Positions 8,077 to 15,895 of a DNA stretch of 64,000 nt are shown here, one piece after another. The stretch comes from Thermoplasmatota archaeon (lineage in GTDB: Archaea > Thermoplasmatota > Poseidoniia > Poseidoniales > Thalassarchaeaceae), in assembly GCA_030828405.1 (NCBI GenBank), contig JAURCP010000006.1, forward strand, positions 12,015 to 76,014, read 5' to 3'. Position 1 is the stretch's first letter, and each line of letters opens with the position of its first letter. The notes under the pieces were generated by a model, which was given only the letters and a program-made list of their open reading frames with translations, ran no database searches and was not told the DNA's origin. The position numbers and the translations under genes are program-made.

Positions 8077-8744
8077 AAGATGTACTGGATATAGCAATAG
8101 TTGGAGTTGGAGGGATTGGTTCGAACCTCGCATCATTAATTGTGCCATCTCTATCTCAAGGAGATTTATCACAGAGATTTTCAAAAATAAATATCAATCT
8201 ATATGATTCAGATGAAGTCGAAGAAGAAAATATATTTCATCAGAGATTTAATCAATCAAATATCGGTGAAACAAAAGTTTTGGCTACAAAGAAAAACTTA
8301 TCATCTTTTGAGCATGATAAATTAGAAATCGTCCCACATGGAAAGGATGTTCGAGAGAAAGAAGATATTGAAGATAATGACCTAATAGTGGTTTGTGTAG
8401 ATTCTTCAGATGCTAGGATAGTAGTTCATTCAACAAACTCAAAATGGTTAGATCTAAGATGTAGAGGAGATAATTTCATGAGTATAGATTATACTACAAA
8501 GAAAAATATTATCAAATCAATTACCGATATCGACCAAAAACCCGGTTCTTGTCAGTATGAGGGAGCTTTAGAATCAGGTAATATTCAATTTGGTTTCATG
8601 TACGCTGCATCCTTTGGGGCTCAATGGGTGATACAAAACCTTAGAGGAGAAAATGAAGGAAATAATGTGTTGATGCCTTATCCAAGATCAGAAAGTATAA
8701 CATTTGGGACATTAGGTAATTTTGAGAAAGAGGAGGGAAGTTAA
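8073..8744 (+). CDS. Minimal E1-like (ThiF/MoeB/UBA superfamily) adenylyltransferase
   Basis: IAIVGVGGIGSNLA Rossmann motif, DSDEVEEENIFHQRF (D-D-V-E..N..Q) adenylation motif, LIVVCVDSSDARIVV, and a PGSC cysteine. ATGA overlap with the E2-like gene. Only 223 aa and lacks CxxC zinc motifs. Confidence 0.65.
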   Translation: MKDVLDIAIVGVGGIGSNLASLIVPSLSQGDLSQRFSKININLYDSDEVEEENIFHQRFNQSNIGETKVLATKKNLSSFEHDKLEIVPHGKDVREKEDIEDNDLIVVCVDSSDARIVVHSTNSKWLDLRCRGDNFMSIDYTTKKNIIKSITDIDQKPGSCQYEGALESGNIQFGFMYAASFGAQWVIQNLRGENEGNNVLMPYPRSESITFGTLGNFEKEEGS

Positions 8745-8896
8745 TGTCTTGGATAGTTAGGTGTGCATTTTGTGATGAGAAAATTACTATTGGTAAAAAT
8801 CAGTTCAAGAAAGACAAAAATCCATTAACTGAAGAAAGTGAATATGTATGTGCTCATTGTTATCAATCTTTTATTGGCGATCTAGACTCTTATTAA
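8744..8896 (+). CDS. 50-aa zinc-ribbon protein (CAFC...CAHC), not in the ORF track
   Basis: ATG overlaps the E1-like stop (TAATG). Two CxxC pairs spaced about 26 residues apart. 3' end overlaps the convergent gene by about 26 nt. Confidence 0.45.
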   Translation: MSWIVRCAFCDEKITIGKNQFKKDKNPLTEESEYVCAHCYQSFIGDLDSY

Positions 8897-9587
8897 CGTC
8901 GAAAGTTCTCATCTGATCTACAGTCCAATTCTTGGTCCTAGGCCTCCAGAAAATAATAGTAAATACTCCAATAAATAAACCGCCGAAGATAAGATTAAGC
9001 CATCCCTCTGAAATATATCCAGGACTAGCATTAAAGCTTGCCCAAATAAATGATGGAATAATTCCAAATATTAATGAGATAATTAATTCTTCAGATAATA
9101 ACTTATATTTATCAGGTGAGATTGGTAATTTTGGTGCTGTATTCTCAAAATTATTTGAGTTTTTTCTTCGAACTACTCTAAAGAAGTCACAATTTTCTCC
9201 CTTAGGAATCAAAGAAGGATTAGGAGTTCCTGAAACCCATTTTTTTGAAACTTTCATTAACCAATTATCCTCTATAAAGGGCCTACCATCACAATATTTC
9301 GACCAATAAGAACCTCGAATTCTATCTGATAACTCCTCAACTTCATCATTCCCAGAAATCAGACCACTATCCATTGCAAGAGTCCACTCAGATTCTGAGG
9401 CTACATGGCAGTTTTCATTTCGGAGAATAGTTTTCATGGTTCCAGAATCTACTGGCAGATAAGATATTTCAAAATCATAATCAATTTTGACTTCATGCCT
9501 AGGACCGACTCCTCCAAAAAGTATTGAACGATTATCTGAACCAATGAATACTTTTCCTGGATAGACAGTTACCCATTGAATTTCCAA
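8871..9587 (-). CDS. FGE-sulfatase (SUMF1)-like domain protein with C-terminal TM anchor
   Basis: N-terminal WVTVYPGKVFIGSD and C-terminal RGSYW...GENCDFFRVVRR resemble the FGE-sulfatase fold signature. Two C-terminal hydrophobic helices. Confidence 0.4.
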   Translation of the reverse strand: MEIQWVTVYPGKVFIGSDNRSILFGGVGPRHEVKIDYDFEISYLPVDSGTMKTILRNENCHVASESEWTLAMDSGLISGNDEVEELSDRIRGSYWSKYCDGRPFIEDNWLMKVSKKWVSGTPNPSLIPKGENCDFFRVVRRKNSNNFENTAPKLPISPDKYKLLSEELIISLIFGIIPSFIWASFNASPGYISEGWLNLIFGGLFIGVFTIIFWRPRTKNWTVDQMRTFDVNKSLDRQ

Positions 9588-9598
9588 TTTTATCCCAC

Positions 9599-11500
9599 CT
9601 AGGGTTCAATTTCTCCAGTTTGTATTGACCATTGAGACGCATAAACACTTTCATTTATGAGTAGATCTTCATGCTTACCTCTTTCAACAATTGCTCCATC
9701 AACCATTGAAATTATTTCATCAGCATTTCTGATTGTAGCAAGTCTATGAGCCACTGCTATTGTAAGTCGGTTCTTTTTACCATTTGAACCACCGAAAAGT
9801 GACTGTTGTATCCTCTTCTCAGTTTCAGCATCCAGTGCAGCACTAGCTTCATCTAAAATAAGAAGGTCTGGGTCATTCAATAGAGCCCTGGCAAGGCTAA
9901 TTCGTGCTCTTTGGCCTCCAGATAACATCACTCCTCTATCGCCCACCATTGATTCTAGTCCATCAGGTAATTGAGTAATAAATTCTGACGCACCTGCCAT
10001 ATCTAGCGCATTGAATATTTCCTCATCCGTAGCATCTCTTGCATAGGAAACATTTTGCTTGATAGTCCCGTAAAAAAGGAATGGATCTTGAGAAACAAAT
10101 CCAATTTTAGATCTTACAGATTTTATGGAATAATCATTGATATCTTTTCCATTAATGAGCACTTTACCATGTTGTGGTTCATAGAATCTCTCAATTAACT
10201 TCAGTATTGTACTCTTACCTGCTCCTGTATGGCCCATTACTCCCAAGAATTCTCCAGAAGAAACCTTCAAATCTATTTTGTTAAGTACATTTGATTCAGA
10301 AGAAGGATATGAAAAAGACACATCCTCAAAGGAAATACTTTCAATTGGCTCCTCAAGTGTTAGTGCGTCCTCCTTGTCATAAATCGAAGGTTCAAGATCA
10401 ACAACAGCGAAAACTCTCCGTGAAGCAGCCTCTCCTTTCTGTAATTGATTTAGTAACATCCCTAGAATCCATAAAGGCATAGTCATTCTAGTAGATATCA
10501 GTAAGAATGTTACAAACTCGCCCACACTTATTTCACTGGAATTCATTAGCCACCCTCCAGCTGAAACTAATAGTCCGAATGAAATACCCGCTACAATATG
10601 AAACCCAGGAATAAAACGATTTCTGATGAAAGCTGCTTCTATAGCTTGGTCCCGATAATTGCCACTTTGTCCCTCAATTCTAACTCTTTCAAAATCACTG
10701 GCATTATATGCTTGAACCACAGTAATTCCAGATAATACGTTTTCTAATATTGCTACTATTCCGCCTGTACTTTCTCTTTGTTGACGATACTTTCTCTGGA
10801 CTCTGGTAGAAAACCAAATAACCATAGGAACAATCATGAATAATGGCCCAAAGAGAATCATACAAAGTGTTGGAGACATCCAGAAAAGAATAACAAATGC
10901 GGTACTAAGGGTTGTTATTATCCTGATTATACTAGTAGTTGAATCTGAAATAATATCTTCCAACTGCGCTACATCAGCAGATAGTACAGACATCAAGTTT
11001 CCAGTCTGTCGGGTTTCAAAGTATGATGCCTCCATATCCATCAAAGATTTTGTAGCATCCATCCTAATATCATGCTGAGCTTTGTAAGCTATTGACTGCC
11101 AAAGTTGATTGCTTAGACCCTGGAAAATTGCAAGAAAAACGAAGGATGAAAAGATAAGTAAACCAAAGCCAAGCTCTGTGGACTCGATTGGTCCAAGATT
11201 AGGTATTGAATCGAGTGTAACAATTTTTTCAATTCTTGAATTAGTAAATTGAGAGTTATCTGGGTTGTAGTAATCGGCTGCCATACCTATTGCAATAAAG
11301 GGGACAAGGTCGAAAATTCTAGCTCCGATATTTGCTAGAAGACCGCCTAAAGCCCTCTCCCAATATCTAGTCACATAAGGCAGAATTCTCCAAATTTTTC
11401 GGCCCACTATTTGCTTCTCTTCAACAAGGTCAGAAGCATCTTTACTGATTGAAGATACTATAACTTCCTTAGTTGGATCCTGGCTATCGGCTTTCGACAT
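9599..11500 (-). CDS. ABC exporter, fused permease + ATPase (MsbA/multidrug/peptide exporter type)
   Basis: Six-TM N-terminal domain, Walker A GHTGAGKST, ABC signature LSGGQRARISLARAL, Walker B LILDEASAALD. Confidence 0.85.
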   Translation of the reverse strand: MSKADSQDPTKEVIVSSISKDASDLVEEKQIVGRKIWRILPYVTRYWERALGGLLANIGARIFDLVPFIAIGMAADYYNPDNSQFTNSRIEKIVTLDSIPNLGPIESTELGFGLLIFSSFVFLAIFQGLSNQLWQSIAYKAQHDIRMDATKSLMDMEASYFETRQTGNLMSVLSADVAQLEDIISDSTTSIIRIITTLSTAFVILFWMSPTLCMILFGPLFMIVPMVIWFSTRVQRKYRQQRESTGGIVAILENVLSGITVVQAYNASDFERVRIEGQSGNYRDQAIEAAFIRNRFIPGFHIVAGISFGLLVSAGGWLMNSSEISVGEFVTFLLISTRMTMPLWILGMLLNQLQKGEAASRRVFAVVDLEPSIYDKEDALTLEEPIESISFEDVSFSYPSSESNVLNKIDLKVSSGEFLGVMGHTGAGKSTILKLIERFYEPQHGKVLINGKDINDYSIKSVRSKIGFVSQDPFLFYGTIKQNVSYARDATDEEIFNALDMAGASEFITQLPDGLESMVGDRGVMLSGGQRARISLARALLNDPDLLILDEASAALDAETEKRIQQSLFGGSNGKKNRLTIAVAHRLATIRNADEIISMVDGAIVERGKHEDLLINESVYASQWSIQTGEIEP

Positions 11501-11552
11501 GTTCTATGGGAGAACGCGTAGTGTTTGAATGCTTCACTATACAACTTTGTTT

Positions 11553-11627
11553 TGGTGCGCCCGCCGGGATTTGAACCCGGGACATGAGGTTGGAAACCTC
11601 AGGTGATAACCCCTTCACTACAGGCGC
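11553..11627 (-). tRNA. tRNA-Gly (anticodon TCC)
   Basis: Cloverleaf folded by hand: acceptor gcgcctg/cgggcgc, anticodon loop tttccaa, T-arm ccggg-ttcaaat-cccgg, 3' CCA encoded. Confidence 0.7.
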
Positions 11628-11681
11628 GTTATCTATCCGAGGATATGACCTTTCTAAACTAGTTCGGTTACATCCGTTCAA

Positions 11682-11906
11682 ATGTTATTACCATATCCGA
11701 GGTTTATGATTGTACGCCAAAGAGTTGGAATTCTGTTAATGATTCTATTTTTACCCATAAATGGACCATTACTAAGAATCGGTATTCAAGAAATAATGGA
11801 TAAGCCAGTTCCAATTGGAGAATTCTATTTCTTTACTCTCTGCGTAATTTTATTCTTATTAGGTGGAGTAATGACTTTCACACCTAAATTGAAATCTCCT
11901 TTTTAG
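11682..11906 (+). CDS. Possible small two-TM membrane protein (74 aa)
   Basis: Hydrophobic ORF between the tRNA and the convergent hydrolase gene. 3' end overlaps the neighbour. Weak support. Confidence 0.25.
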   Translation: MLLPYPRFMIVRQRVGILLMILFLPINGPLLRIGIQEIMDKPVPIGEFYFFTLCVILFLLGGVMTFTPKLKSPF

Positions 11907-12807
11907 GATAGAGAATTTGGGGCCAGTTTGAATGAATATTTTCTATTATTTCATAGATCTTATCTTCAGAATATCCCGATTCACTCAATTTTTCAATTAA
12001 CTGATTAGTTCTTTTCGGTATCGTTTTCGGACCAAGAACGGCTCCTGGACGATTTTTATCGTCTAGAAAGTCTGTTTCCATTCCCCAGTATGAATTACAA
12101 TTAGGTAAACTTTCTACAATCTTAGAAATGCTACCTTTACCTACACTAACAGTTACACTCAAACCATGAGTGAATTGTGTGCTAATATTAGCGGGAGCAT
12201 AATGTCTGATTGCGAGATGTCGGGGTAAATTCGCCTTGTCGCATAATTTGGCTAAATCAGAATATGTTTTCTCGCCATCATCTTCCACGTGAAGTTGAAT
12301 ACTAATTTTGGCTTCTGCAGCTAATTTCATAATTTCTAATAATAAATTATTGGCTGCATCCCATGTTTCCAAACTCACTGGATAATGCGGCCGTCCGACT
12401 TCTCCTAGACAAACTGCTTCTCCTATGGAAATATATTGTATAGCTAATTTAACAGCTTGTAAGTGTAAAGATGTAGATTCTTGCAAACCAATTGTATGTA
12501 TTTGTTTCTCCCATGATACAGGATGTGGACCGAGAATTACTGACACTTTAATTCCAAACCTTTCTCTAATTTCTCTTGCCATTTCAATAGTATCGTCATA
12601 TGCAGATTGATAATCAGATATTGTCGAAGGTAAATTCGAAAAATTCGGTTTATGAACTAAATTAATTCCTGTACCTCCTGAATTAATAAACTCAGAAACT
12701 GCATCAAGATATCTATTATTGCGGTCTAAATGCATATGTTGGTCTATTATTGGCCCTTCCCATCGGCCGTGATTAAACATATTCTCACGCCAAAGCGCCC
12801 TCATCAT
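11884..12807 (-). CDS. TatD-related TIM-barrel metal-dependent hydrolase
   Basis: DQHMHLD (HxH), GEVGRPHYP, LHVEDD and METDF resemble the TatD/amidohydrolase metal-ligand pattern. Confidence 0.5.
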   Translation of the reverse strand: MMRALWRENMFNHGRWEGPIIDQHMHLDRNNRYLDAVSEFINSGGTGINLVHKPNFSNLPSTISDYQSAYDDTIEMAREIRERFGIKVSVILGPHPVSWEKQIHTIGLQESTSLHLQAVKLAIQYISIGEAVCLGEVGRPHYPVSLETWDAANNLLLEIMKLAAEAKISIQLHVEDDGEKTYSDLAKLCDKANLPRHLAIRHYAPANISTQFTHGLSVTVSVGKGSISKIVESLPNCNSYWGMETDFLDDKNRPGAVLGPKTIPKRTNQLIEKLSESGYSEDKIYEIIENIHSNWPQILYPKKEISI

Positions 12808-13318
12808 CTAATTGTGATGACCAATGTCTAATGGCCATCTCTGCAATCCTTTTTGAAGTCTGTTTCAAGACGATACCATGACCATTATTGAATAATAAAA
12901 TACTGCATTTATGTCTATCTGCATTAATTCTAAGGGCACCTATCCTAGAATCAAGATTGATCTCTGCAAAACGATCTGCAGCTAAATCCATTAATACTGC
13001 CCTACCTATGGAAAAGCGAATTATCATTTCACCTGACTCGACTAATAACCATTCATCTGACATTCCAAGATTTAGTAATAACTCTTGTACTGCTAAACGT
13101 GCTACTTCGCTTCTGGAAATACCGTGAACTAATACAGAACCCTCCGGTTCAATTACTAAAGTTGCATGAGGATTTTCATGAATAATTACAACGAATTCTC
13201 CTGACTTAACGCCTCTACCAATACTAACTGCTTCTTCATGGTTAATTGGTTCAGAGGGGGTAAAACGAAAGGTCTGTGTTTCGACATCAAGATTAATTTT
13301 GGTTTCATCCATAATCAT
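12785..13318 (-). CDS. Divergent TBP-like (two-repeat TATA-box-binding-protein fold) protein
   Basis: Two internal repeats (PHATLVIEPEGSVLVHGISRSEVARLAV / KCSILLFNNGHGIVLKQTSKRIAEMAI) resemble TBP repeat cores. About 177 aa. Confidence 0.35.
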   Translation of the reverse strand: MIMDETKINLDVETQTFRFTPSEPINHEEAVSIGRGVKSGEFVVIIHENPHATLVIEPEGSVLVHGISRSEVARLAVQELLLNLGMSDEWLLVESGEMIIRFSIGRAVLMDLAADRFAEINLDSRIGALRINADRHKCSILLFNNGHGIVLKQTSKRIAEMAIRHWSSQLDDEGALA

Positions 13319-14175
13319 TCCTCCGGAGTTATCTCCTCAACTTTCGTACATGAACTAATCGCTTTACTTATTGAAGGTAACCACGCTTGGTGAATAGGTA
13401 CCATCAAAGTCAATCCATCAGATTTAGGATCACTAATATCACGATTTCTAAGATTTGCTAGAGCACCCCTGATTCTAGAAACAAATCTCTCATCTCTAAG
13501 ATTTTGTAATTCCTCAGAAATACCTCGCTGCTCTTCTATCCACCACGTCAAACAGGAAGCAGAGGCAGCACCTAAGTCTGCATTGACTAACTTGGAACTT
13601 GTGACTGATTTAATTGCATCTTTTCTAATTTTTTTCCATCTCCTACCAGTTGTCAATGTCAGAATTAAATTTGAATAAGTGACTTGTTGATCAGCGCTTT
13701 TTATCTGCCAATCAACCCAATTTTCATCTTCAAGATTGGGTTCAATTGCATAAATTGGTAGTCCCCCTCTTGTATTCTTGGCATGTAAAAGTAAGCGTAA
13801 TTGTTCTGGATCTGGGATGACGGGGCCGTCTAATTCCAATTCATTCAAATCAGTCATCAAACGACCTAAGACGGTACCTGATGCAATGGCAGAATCTCTA
13901 TGCACCCCTGGACTCTCTTTCTCTTGTTTATCTTCCATTATCCATGATTGAAGATCTATTGAGGAGGTTAAAAATGCTACACCATGAAAATTAGAATGAG
14001 AACGTAACTTAACTGGCATTCGGATACAAGGGATATGAGGCCAAAAAATGATTTTTCCGCCATCTGGATCATCATAATGAAACTCCTCCCAAACTAAGGT
14101 TGGCATATTCATAACCCCTCCGAAACGGTACCTAGGATTGAATACAACGGTCTGAAAATGTCTCAAATAACTCAA
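13315..14175 (-). CDS. Hypothetical protein (286 aa), translationally coupled to the TBP-like gene
   Basis: ATGA overlap with the downstream gene. No motif recognised. Confidence 0.45.
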   Translation of the reverse strand: MSYLRHFQTVVFNPRYRFGGVMNMPTLVWEEFHYDDPDGGKIIFWPHIPCIRMPVKLRSHSNFHGVAFLTSSIDLQSWIMEDKQEKESPGVHRDSAIASGTVLGRLMTDLNELELDGPVIPDPEQLRLLLHAKNTRGGLPIYAIEPNLEDENWVDWQIKSADQQVTYSNLILTLTTGRRWKKIRKDAIKSVTSSKLVNADLGAASASCLTWWIEEQRGISEELQNLRDERFVSRIRGALANLRNRDISDPKSDGLTLMVPIHQAWLPSISKAISSCTKVEEITPEE

Positions 14176-14207
14176 AATAATATGATGGGTTCAAGTTTGA
14201 TGAGGAT

Positions 14208-14675
14208 TTGAGAGGGACGATAGACATGAACGAGGCCTATTCAACAGATCCTGTAATTCAACTAAATGAGGTGTTCCCGGGGGACACAAATGCGCTAGAC
14301 ACATTATTCGGAGGAAGGTTAATGTCAATCATGGATACTGCTGCTGGAATGGCAGCATCTAAATTTGCTCATAGGAACTTTGTTACTATCTCTGTTGATG
14401 CATTGAAATTTAGAAGACCGGCGTATCAAGGAGATGTGATTAGAACTACTGCAAGAGTTGTTTGGACATCACCTAGAACTGCTGGAATACATGTAATATC
14501 ATGTAGGTTATCTAGATCTGAATGGGTGGGGGAAGAAATATGTTCTGGATTCTTCTTTATGGTTGCAATAGATAGAGATATGAAAGCAATAAATATACCA
14601 CAATTTGAACCGAAAACTGATGAAGAGAAAGAAATGTGGAACTCTGCACAAAAAGCTAGAGATGCTATGAGTTAA
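14208..14675 (+). CDS. Acyl-CoA thioesterase (hotdog fold)
   Basis: LDTLFGGRLMSIMDTAAGMAA...FRRPAYQGDVI pattern is typical of YciA/BFIT-type acyl-CoA hydrolases. Confidence 0.65.
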   Translation: MRGTIDMNEAYSTDPVIQLNEVFPGDTNALDTLFGGRLMSIMDTAAGMAASKFAHRNFVTISVDALKFRRPAYQGDVIRTTARVVWTSPRTAGIHVISCRLSRSEWVGEEICSGFFFMVAIDRDMKAINIPQFEPKTDEEKEMWNSAQKARDAMS

Positions 14676-14733
14676 TGAATTTGCTAATTCGATTCACCGT
14701 TCCTTTCAACAAGGGAAGACTCTTCGGATAATT

Positions 14734-15711
14734 ATGCCTGTACTCAATGTTGCCTTCGTTGGTTCAGAATCCTTAGCAAGAAAAATTGCTAAAAAAGGAG
14801 ATGTCAGAGATATTGAGTCTTATGTTTTCAAGGAAGAAAAAAATGGTGAAATGAGAATTATTTCATTACTAAGACCTCTGAAACATCCTGAAAAAATTAG
14901 ACCGTTACTTTCAGTCTTAAATGTTGCAAAAATAGGAATTATTGAAATATCAAAGGTGGATGCCGCATTAGGAGAAATTTGTGTATCATTTGGATGCGCT
15001 AATATCAATGAAGGATTAGTAATAATAAATCCTCAAGATGGAGAATGGGTAGACCCTGATCAGGTGAGAATTATTCTAGAACAATCTGGATTGAAGAACT
15101 GGCAATTATTCGAGCAGTTGCCTGATGAACACAGTATTCGCGAGAAGTTATATTCTTTCATGGACAACATTGAAAATCAAAAATCATCTCTAATTCTCCC
15201 TGTTGACCAATTTTTTAATGTAAAGGGAGTAGGGTTGGTAGCAATAGGTTACGTGCAATCTGGCTCTGTATCAAAACATGATTCAATCCAAGTACTTCCT
15301 GCAGATGAAAATGGAATTGTTCGCAGTTTGCAGGTCATGGATGATGATGTCGACATTGCCGTTTCTGGAGATAGAGTTGGTTTAGCAATAAGAAATCTAA
15401 GAGAGGAAGCACTTCATAGAGGCTGTATGATTGTCCATGCTGATTCAAATGTATTGAATAAAAATATATCCTCTACATTTACTCTTAACAAAGCACCATT
15501 TCAAAAAAGAGTTCTTCAAATTGGTGATGTGATACATGCTGCAGTAGATATGCAATTTATTGTTGGTAGAATAAAGAATATTGAAGATTCGAAATTAACT
15601 GTTGATTGGGAAATTCCCCTATGGACAAGGAAAAAATCCAGTCCTCCGATAATTATTACTCAACTAGATGCAGGTCCGATGAGAATTATCGGGACCACTG
15701 TTTTACAATAA
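14734..15711 (+). CDS. EF-Tu/EF-1alpha-like protein with degenerate GTPase motifs
   Basis: The central beta-barrel VDQFFNVKGVGLVAIGYVQSGSV...GDRVGLAIRNL matches EF-Tu domain II. The N-terminal G1 motif is not canonical. Confidence 0.45.
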   Translation: MPVLNVAFVGSESLARKIAKKGDVRDIESYVFKEEKNGEMRIISLLRPLKHPEKIRPLLSVLNVAKIGIIEISKVDAALGEICVSFGCANINEGLVIINPQDGEWVDPDQVRIILEQSGLKNWQLFEQLPDEHSIREKLYSFMDNIENQKSSLILPVDQFFNVKGVGLVAIGYVQSGSVSKHDSIQVLPADENGIVRSLQVMDDDVDIAVSGDRVGLAIRNLREEALHRGCMIVHADSNVLNKNISSTFTLNKAPFQKRVLQIGDVIHAAVDMQFIVGRIKNIEDSKLTVDWEIPLWTRKKSSPPIIITQLDAGPMRIIGTTVLQ

Positions 15712-15784
15712 AACGGCATCTCAAAAAAACCTCAATAAGTAACATGAATTTATGCTCAACAAACCGAGTTATTATATCGTTAAT

Positions 15785-15895
15785 GAGTAACTCGCGGGCT
15801 GGATGCACACGTTCGGGCGTAATGCCCGACCGGATGAGGGAGAGTCGGCAACGTTCGGCAACCTCTCTTTGGTTGGGGTAAGGGGTAAGTTCAGG
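15785..15895 (+). ncRNA. GC-rich hairpin-rich element, candidate small structured RNA
   Basis: About 60% GC over some 110 nt in a roughly 33% GC genome. Hairpins cgggc-gtaat-gcccg and gagggagag...ctctcttt. It overlaps the improbable Arg-rich N-terminus of the 15803 ORF. Confidence 0.3.

Noticed and set aside
8744-8896. Dismissing the 50-aa zinc-ribbon ORF as noise because it is absent from the ORF track
   Set aside because: It was kept as a feature. The start codon overlaps the E1 stop (translational coupling), and it has four regularly spaced Cys in two CxxC pairs.
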